Source: a virus (taxonomy: Duplodnaviria > Caudoviricetes). Taken from it: a stretch of 64,000 bases of DNA. Where the stretch lies: positions 1-64,000 of the IMG/VR virus record IMGVR_UViG_2939020026_000003; one strand, given 5' to 3'. Both the position numbers and the translations under genes were made by a program. The notes below the pieces were generated by a model. The model saw nothing but the letters and a program-made list of their open reading frames with translations. It was not told the DNA's origin and made no database searches. This document shows, one piece after another, positions 57,992 to 64,000 of this stretch (position 1 is the first letter of the stretch; each line of letters starts with the position of its first letter).

Positions 57992-58441
57992 ATGGCTTGG
58001 AAATTCAGAGATCGGTACATGCTAGGGGAGGTCATCACCATCCCATTCGACATAACTCAAAAGCTTCAAAAGCTAAACGATACCCTTGATGCCTATCGCT
58101 GGTACGAACTGCTTCCAGCCAAAGAGCGTGAAAAAACCATTGGTGATGGCGGAATCCTAGCTGATATTCTGACGAAGCACGTCATGTGCTGCTATTACAT
58201 CGGCTGGTTCGACATCGAAGACTATGAAGCCTTTGAGAATTACAAAAAGGATTTTAGGAAATTCTTCATCGACCCTCACCCAGCTTTCGCCGCCTGCCGG
58301 TTTGCTGCCTGTTTGGGCTTCATTCGGCATCAGAGAAAGCTTATCGACCAATGCGAATTTCTTTCCAGTGTTCAGGAGGGTGATAGCATTTTCACTAACA
58401 AATCAATAAATATTGAAAGCCAAAGTATCCCTTGGGATTGA
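57992..58441 (+). CDS. Hypothetical protein
   Basis: Open frame with protein-like composition; start uncertain (57992 or 58019). Confidence 0.6.
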   Translation: MAWKFRDRYMLGEVITIPFDITQKLQKLNDTLDAYRWYELLPAKEREKTIGDGGILADILTKHVMCCYYIGWFDIEDYEAFENYKKDFRKFFIDPHPAFAACRFAACLGFIRHQRKLIDQCEFLSSVQEGDSIFTNKSINIESQSIPWD

Positions 58442-58443
58442 GA

Positions 58444-58605
58444 TCAGTAAATAATCAGATCGGCTGGGTATCCCAGCTTTTCTGTCTCAGGCGCTACGTC
58501 TGGAATGTCATGGTCTTCAATCAATCCGCCTTCGAGGATTAGCTCTCTCAGAATTGACAACTCTTGTTGATTTTCATGCTCGATTTGTTCATGTGATTTA
58601 GTCAT
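58444..58605 (-). CDS. Small acidic protein (53 aa) coupled to ardC, not in the ORF track
   Basis: ATG immediately after the ardC stop; 13 D/E vs 3 K/R. Confidence 0.55.
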   Translation of the reverse strand: MTKSHEQIEHENQQELSILRELILEGGLIEDHDIPDVAPETEKLGYPADLIIY

Positions 58606-58606
58606 T

Positions 58607-59746
58607 TTATGTTCTCTTGTAGTTTGATTTTTTGTAGGGCTTTTTCGGTCCTTCGTTTTCTAGTTCAGGCTTCGATTCGGAGCTGATGCGGGCAATGACC
58701 ATCTCCTTGATGGTCGGATTTAGGGGAAGCTCAGGGTTGGCTTTGTACTTCGCTGTGAGGTTCGTAACCACCTCATAAATTATTGGATTCGCCGTACGGT
58801 CTGCATCATGCGCAGCTTTCATCACGTCTGCTGGTTTGAGATTGTTGCGTGCCCAGCTCACGTCATAGACGGTGTGATTGTCCATGAACCCTTTGTCCAG
58901 CTCTTCGCGTGTATGAGGGTCTATCGTCACGTCCAAGTGCTTGATGACTGACTGAGCTGAGAGATTGGCTACCAGCTCTTCGTATGCGCGATGCTTGTCG
59001 TCCTTGCCGTAGTCACGGAGGGAGATTCGATTCTTGCGGGACTCATGCCCATAGGAGTGGGAGACTTCATGTAGCAGGGTGTTCAGTTCGTGAAGGCGGC
59101 TCTTGAACACGTTGGATGGGTTCATGACTATCACGTCTGCCGCAGGGCGGTAATGGTTCGAACCGATGACACGTACAAGCCTAGTGGGCATCGTTTCCAA
59201 AACGGCTTGATAGACGGTCTCAAGCTCTTCTGGCGTGGCTTTTGGAGTCTGAGTATTGAGACGTGATTTGAATTTTTCTGGAAGCTCGCCTGTGAACTGC
59301 GCGATGTTGAAGACTGCAGTCAGCTTCGCGGCAGGAATGTAGATCGCCTTTGCCTTGGCTTCCCCGTTATTCTCCAAACCCTGCTTCTGCTGGTCCTTCG
59401 CATACCCAACCGGCACACCGAAGCGTTTGATGATGCAGTGAGATTTTTCGCCGTTGTTGCTCAAGCCCTCAGCGAAGCCCTGTTTTGCGGTGAGGTAGTA
59501 GGATGTGCCGTAGTCTTTCTCGAAGGCGGAATCTTGAAGGAGCAGTGAGTTTTCGAGGTTGTACATTGTGCCTGATGCGAGGTTTTTGTAAGGCATGGAG
59601 AAGACTGGGTGATTCCAGATGTTCTTGTATTCACCATCGTCAATTTTTGAGAATATTTTCTCGACTCGCTCCGCAAGGAAATCTGAAACCTTCTGGTTGG
59701 AATCTCCGGCGTATTCTTTCTTTTGTTTTGCTGTGAGTGCTGCCAT
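58607..59746 (-). CDS. ardC: ArdC-like ssDNA-binding protein with zincin (MPTase) domain
   Basis: NLASGTMYNLEN, YLTAKQ, VFNIAQ, HYRPAADVI, LLHEVSH, AYEELVA. Confidence 0.85.
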   Translation of the reverse strand: MAALTAKQKKEYAGDSNQKVSDFLAERVEKIFSKIDDGEYKNIWNHPVFSMPYKNLASGTMYNLENSLLLQDSAFEKDYGTSYYLTAKQGFAEGLSNNGEKSHCIIKRFGVPVGYAKDQQKQGLENNGEAKAKAIYIPAAKLTAVFNIAQFTGELPEKFKSRLNTQTPKATPEELETVYQAVLETMPTRLVRVIGSNHYRPAADVIVMNPSNVFKSRLHELNTLLHEVSHSYGHESRKNRISLRDYGKDDKHRAYEELVANLSAQSVIKHLDVTIDPHTREELDKGFMDNHTVYDVSWARNNLKPADVMKAAHDADRTANPIIYEVVTNLTAKYKANPELPLNPTIKEMVIARISSESKPELENEGPKKPYKKSNYKRT

Positions 59747-59905
59747 GTTTCACTGTTTTTGTTTTATGTGAATATTATAGCATTTACGGGTTTGTGCTTT
59801 TTGTCGCTTATGGCTGTTTTGTTGGGAAGAGGATTTAGTGTTATTGCGATAGCCCATTTCACTGCCGTAAAGCGGGAGGGTGGGCTTCTATTCACTGGTG
59901 TAGAA

Positions 59906-60430
59906 TTACTTCAATGCCTCTACTCCATCCTTTAGGGTCTGTTTAACTTCGTTTATTTTCGCAAAAGCTTTTTCTTTCAATGTCATTCCAGCAGTGACTT
60001 TGCCTTTTGAGTAAAGGACGTTTCGGATGTTTTGGCTCACGCGCTTCGTGGCAGTTAAGTGGATTTTGCTAAAGATCAAGGTCATCAAGAAAAAGAAAAT
60101 TATGGTGCAGAAGTAAACAACATGGATAATATCAGTCAATCCGCTGGAAGTCGCCGCCATCTGAATGTTGATGTATAGCAGTACGCCCTGAAAAACGGTT
60201 TGCAAAGTCATGATGAGCATAGGGATAGGCAGTAGGGTTTTCAGGAAGGGGTTTCTTCTGAAATAAATCCCCAATATGAAGAACCATGAAAGCCAAGCGA
60301 TTGGGGCTGCGACTGCACCAAAGAAAAGTAATGCATAAATTTTCGGAATGCTTTTTGTCTGTTCAATCCATTTCGTAAATTTGGCTAAATTTTTAGCCCT
60401 TGTTTCGTCGTATAGTATTTGATCACTCAT
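59906..60430 (-). CDS. Integral membrane protein
   Basis: 3-4 hydrophobic segments. Confidence 0.8.
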   Translation of the reverse strand: MSDQILYDETRAKNLAKFTKWIEQTKSIPKIYALLFFGAVAAPIAWLSWFFILGIYFRRNPFLKTLLPIPMLIMTLQTVFQGVLLYINIQMAATSSGLTDIIHVVYFCTIIFFFLMTLIFSKIHLTATKRVSQNIRNVLYSKGKVTAGMTLKEKAFAKINEVKQTLKDGVEALK

Positions 60431-60501
60431 TTAAATTAGCATTTGTTTCACTAATTATACCATTTCAAAAACAAACAAAAGGGCTTTAACACCCCTTGGT
60501 T

Positions 60502-63102
60502 TTACACGTTCTCGTTTGAGTCAACTTCCACGTCTTTCTCATAGGCAGGAGCTTTTGAGCGATCCCCATAAATCCACGTCCTCATAATGTCAGTCAAGTG
60601 ATATGCGCCTAGCTTTAGGATCGCTGCCATCATGAATGAGATGAACACAAGGTAGAGGCAAAGCATTTGAATCGTATCCACGGCATTAGCGATGGTGCTT
60701 GCATTAGCCGACGCTATGTACGTGTTAGAGTAGGCTGAAAATGGAATCGCTTGGTACATGAAAAGCGTATTGATGTAATGCACCGCTAGGTACGTTATGG
60801 CTCCGAACATGCTCCAGCTCGCCACGTACACGACGATTGATTCAATTGGTGTCCACGTATCCGTTTCAGGGTCAATGGCGTGTTTGCTTTTGCCCATGGA
60901 CAGGATGAAGTGAGGAATGCTCGCAATCCCAGTCGCTGTGATTTTGGTCCACATGCCAAGGAAGAACGATATGACAATCATCGCGAAGGCGATTGGAATG
61001 GAGAATTTCAAGTACATCCCCATGACCCACATGTACGTTGCTGCCGAATCAGCAAACGCTGCAACGTCATCGTTCGCGTAGACGGCTGCAATCATGTACG
61101 AAGCCTCTGGACCGAAGCCATTGCCATATTCGCTGAAAATGTCTGAGGCTTCTGCGTTTGCCGTTGCTGCTGTGGCGAAAACCACCATTGCATCACTACC
61201 GCCAAACATCTTGGCAGATGCCTTCATCGACGCCTGAGCCATTTCTACACCGGCTTTTGTCTTCGCTCTGTCGGTTGGGTTGGTGTACATAATAGATAGC
61301 GCCTTGGTGCCGATTCGGATTTCTGCGGAAGCTGCTATCAGGCGATTTCCAAGCATGTCCAATTCCTTGAACACTGAGGCACACATCCTGCCTGATGGGG
61401 ATTTCTGGCTTGGGTAGCTGATGCATTCGATGGTTCTGAAAATCCCAAATGGACCGTCATTTCCTATCGTGAAATACCTGTCGAGCAAGCCGAAGAAATC
61501 GAGGTTCATCGACTGTTCTGCTTGGAATGCGCCCATGATTTCAGCGGTCGTCCAACGCCTTTCTTGTGTGGTTGAATTCTTCGTATACGGTACTGTGAAT
61601 GCTGGTTTGCCCTGAATCACAGGCTTTTCAAGGATGTTGCTCTGGTAGCTGTCGATCTTGGTCGAGTTCGCTAACAGCTTGCCCGGTTTATCGAAATTCG
61701 ATGAGGTGTACTGGCTCTGTATGAACCATCCACCCAGCGTCATGTACGAAGGGTTGGTGACGTAGCGGCTACCCAGCAAGCGGGCGTAATTGTTGATCTG
61801 AGCGCTACACATGTAAGGGCTTGAATCGCTGCCACACATCGTTTCAGCACAAGCTCTCTGAGTCGCTTCTAGATTCGCCATATCGGTATTGGTCTGGCAG
61901 AGCTGAACCCAACGATCCTTGGCGTCCACAAGGCTTTGCTCAGTCACTCCCGGCGCTCTGGTGATACTTTGGATGAATGTCGCTGACATACAGCTTGCAG
62001 AGGCATATACGTAGGCTTGCATCCCAGTCGCATCGGTGCGTCCGAGGTCATAAGTTTTGATGGCTTCACAAGACATAGATTTGTCGAATGCCTCGCCAAC
62101 CATACCGCTCGGAAGGTCCATGTGGTTGCTGAGCTTTGACGCGATATTGGCAGCATCTGTCATAGCGACTGTGTAAGCGTCTGTAAGGGCTTCAACCTCA
62201 AGCTGGTACAAGTCAGGCAGTCCGTTCGAGGATGCTGCGAGTATCGTGCCCTCGTCGATTTCATGGTCGATGTTGAGTATGCAGCTACCGACCTGAGCGA
62301 ATGCCGTTAAATGCCCTTCGTACCGATTGAAGGTAAGGTTCTGCTGAGATTTCCCCGGCTGCTGATTCACACACATCTGAAAGTCGATGAGGTTCAAAAA
62401 CTCCCTTGTGCGTTGATTCTTCGGATCGGGAATCAACACGAAAGGCTGCTCGACTGATTGCTTAGACACCAGCGCCTGCAGGTTGAAATTCCCCGCCTGT
62501 AGCCCCCATGCGATAGCTGTGTATCCCGCGACCATCAGCATGTTCGTGTCGTTATTTTCGGCTTCTAGATCTGATTTGTAGATCGGGACAAGGCTCAAAA
62601 TGACGAAAGAAATCAAGATGAAATGTCCGACTATTTCGGATCTCGTCATCTCCCTTTTGTCTTTGTCAGGTTGCCCAATCGAGATCATAGCTTCGAAAAT
62701 CGCCATCAGAGGGATTCGAATAGCTAACCCAGCGAAAACCGCACTGAAGAAAACGACAATGAGATAAATTGGACCCATATAGATTCGGTACGTATCTGAG
62801 TTGAACAGATTCGACGTACCAAGGCATTTGTACTCCCCCGTAAAAAATAGATGCGTGTCGAATGGTCCGTCATGAATAATTTGAGTCATGTGACAGCCAA
62901 GCACGGATTCCATTAACGGGAAAACCAAAGCTTGACTGCGTTCGTAATCGTTGTAATTTTCCTCAAGATTTTTGCTGGCTTTGTTGTATCCGACTGGTGA
63001 TGAGATTCCCCAGTCTTTACCAATTTCAAGGTCTGCTGCAAAGGCAGGTGAAACGACGTTCATAGAAAGCAACAAAATAAGGGAGTAAAGGAAACGTTTC
63101 AT
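60502..63102 (-). CDS. Large polytopic membrane protein, DotA/TraY-like architecture
   Basis: Signal peptide, N-terminal TMs, large Cys-rich periplasmic domain, LGNRLI then C-terminal TM cluster. Confidence 0.6.
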   Translation of the reverse strand: MKRFLYSLILLLSMNVVSPAFAADLEIGKDWGISSPVGYNKASKNLEENYNDYERSQALVFPLMESVLGCHMTQIIHDGPFDTHLFFTGEYKCLGTSNLFNSDTYRIYMGPIYLIVVFFSAVFAGLAIRIPLMAIFEAMISIGQPDKDKREMTRSEIVGHFILISFVILSLVPIYKSDLEAENNDTNMLMVAGYTAIAWGLQAGNFNLQALVSKQSVEQPFVLIPDPKNQRTREFLNLIDFQMCVNQQPGKSQQNLTFNRYEGHLTAFAQVGSCILNIDHEIDEGTILAASSNGLPDLYQLEVEALTDAYTVAMTDAANIASKLSNHMDLPSGMVGEAFDKSMSCEAIKTYDLGRTDATGMQAYVYASASCMSATFIQSITRAPGVTEQSLVDAKDRWVQLCQTNTDMANLEATQRACAETMCGSDSSPYMCSAQINNYARLLGSRYVTNPSYMTLGGWFIQSQYTSSNFDKPGKLLANSTKIDSYQSNILEKPVIQGKPAFTVPYTKNSTTQERRWTTAEIMGAFQAEQSMNLDFFGLLDRYFTIGNDGPFGIFRTIECISYPSQKSPSGRMCASVFKELDMLGNRLIAASAEIRIGTKALSIMYTNPTDRAKTKAGVEMAQASMKASAKMFGGSDAMVVFATAATANAEASDIFSEYGNGFGPEASYMIAAVYANDDVAAFADSAATYMWVMGMYLKFSIPIAFAMIVISFFLGMWTKITATGIASIPHFILSMGKSKHAIDPETDTWTPIESIVVYVASWSMFGAITYLAVHYINTLFMYQAIPFSAYSNTYIASANASTIANAVDTIQMLCLYLVFISFMMAAILKLGAYHLTDIMRTWIYGDRSKAPAYEKDVEVDSNENV

Positions 63103-63151
63103 AAAAGTGTTTGTATTTTTATTCCCTTATTATACCATTTCCCCCTTCCGA

Positions 63152-64000
63152 TTATGTTCGTCTAGGGCGGTATTTCCTTCCCGCCTTTTTAAACAGATTG
63201 TAAGCCCCGTTGGCAGTCTTTCTACTAACGATTGCATTCACTACCGTGTACATTCCGAGCGTACTCGCTCCACACATCATTTCAATTCTGCTGAGTAGTG
63301 TAGAAGCAAAGCTTAGGTAAGGCATTTTCAAGCCCATCACGCGGACTGATTCCCCTAACAACGTCAACGCGTATTTCGTGCACGAAATATGTACGATGAA
63401 GAAAACAGCTCCTGCTACTACAATTTCAATCATTTTCTGAGTGACGATATTCGCGCTTTGTCCAACTGCTGCGCCCAAACCGTTTGTTGCATATTTCATG
63501 ACGCTTTGGTCAAGTGCTGCTGCTATTTCCCAGTTGGAGATGTAGAAGAACACAATCAGCGGTCCAAACACGACAGTGCTGAAAAGGATTCCCAAGAGGG
63601 TTGAGCAGATTCTCATGAGATTGTCCCTATCGTTCAGCTTACAGAATGCAAGGATTGCGAAGGGCATGGTCACTATCAAAATCAATAGGTAGAAAATGTT
63701 CAGTATATAAAGCAAGAAAAAGGGACCAGTCATGATCGAAATGACAAGGAATTTGAACATCGTAGCGAGAATGTAGCCTTTCAATGCCCACGCGAAAAAG
63801 AATGAAGCTAAGCCGCCTGTGATGGCTCCGACGATTTGCATGAAATTTGGCGTCTTGCTGAGTTTCTTCTGGTTCTTCTTTATCTTGTCTTTCGACACGC
63901 CAGCGTTCTCTTCTGCTTTTGCCTGATCACTCATGACCCTTTCTTTTTTCTTGTCGCCGTAAGCAGTCGCTGCGTAGCCAATCAGTTTCGTGGAGGCAGC
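63152..64000 (-). CDS. Second DotA/TraY-like membrane protein (C-terminal part; 5' end outside the window)
   Basis: Frame open to 64000 (AASTKLIGYAATAYGDKKKERVMSDQ...); TM pattern parallels the 866-aa paralog. Confidence 0.6.
   Translation of the reverse strand, partial: AASTKLIGYAATAYGDKKKERVMSDQAKAEENAGVSKDKIKKNQKKLSKTPNFMQIVGAITGGLASFFFAWALKGYILATMFKFLVISIMTGPFFLLYILNIFYLLILIVTMPFAILAFCKLNDRDNLMRICSTLLGILFSTVVFGPLIVFFYISNWEIAAALDQSVMKYATNGLGAAVGQSANIVTQKMIEIVVAGAVFFIVHISCTKYALTLLGESVRVMGLKMPYLSFASTLLSRIEMMCGASTLGMYTVVNAIVSRKTANGAYNLFKKAGRKYRPRRT

Larger units (their letters stand above)
51273..64000. mobile_element. Second AT-rich integrative island at the same tRNA (continues beyond the window)
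   Basis: TTTGTACCAA direct repeats (51325, 51338), GC drop, plasmid-like genes (ardC, RepL-like, DotA/TraY-like). Confidence 0.8.

Overview
Pseudomonas (most likely P. syringae-group; it carries an IS52-like element) chromosomal window containing two stacked mobile elements. (1) About 1-51272 is an essentially complete lambdoid siphovirus prophage: integrase/xis, a left arm (Ser/Thr phosphatase, two paralogous DNA MTases, YqaJ/RecT, HNH), a cI/cro switch with 5 operators, Rha, replication, nin, Q, a split lysis cassette, and head and tail genes. It ends in the duplicated 3' half of tRNA-Ser(CGA) (attR, 51210-51272). Several morons and three apparent inactivating point lesions are visible. (2) From about 51273 to beyond the window is an AT-rich second island at the same tRNA. 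It carries palindromic iteron-like sites, three wHTH/RepL-like genes (one broken by a tandem IS52-like pair), a degenerate RepB-primase-like gene, ardC and two DotA/TraY-like paralogs. The most unusual observations are: a 285-aa tail-operon gene built from six segments of the phage's own central tail fibre (J) in scrambled order, a possible decoy; four dispersed copies of a fixed-geometry site CCGCGCCACGAAAT-N16-GTGGCGC; a Clp-fold protease moron between int and xis; and two C4-like tRNA-mimic RNAs. All family calls come from motif recognition by eye; no database searches were run.
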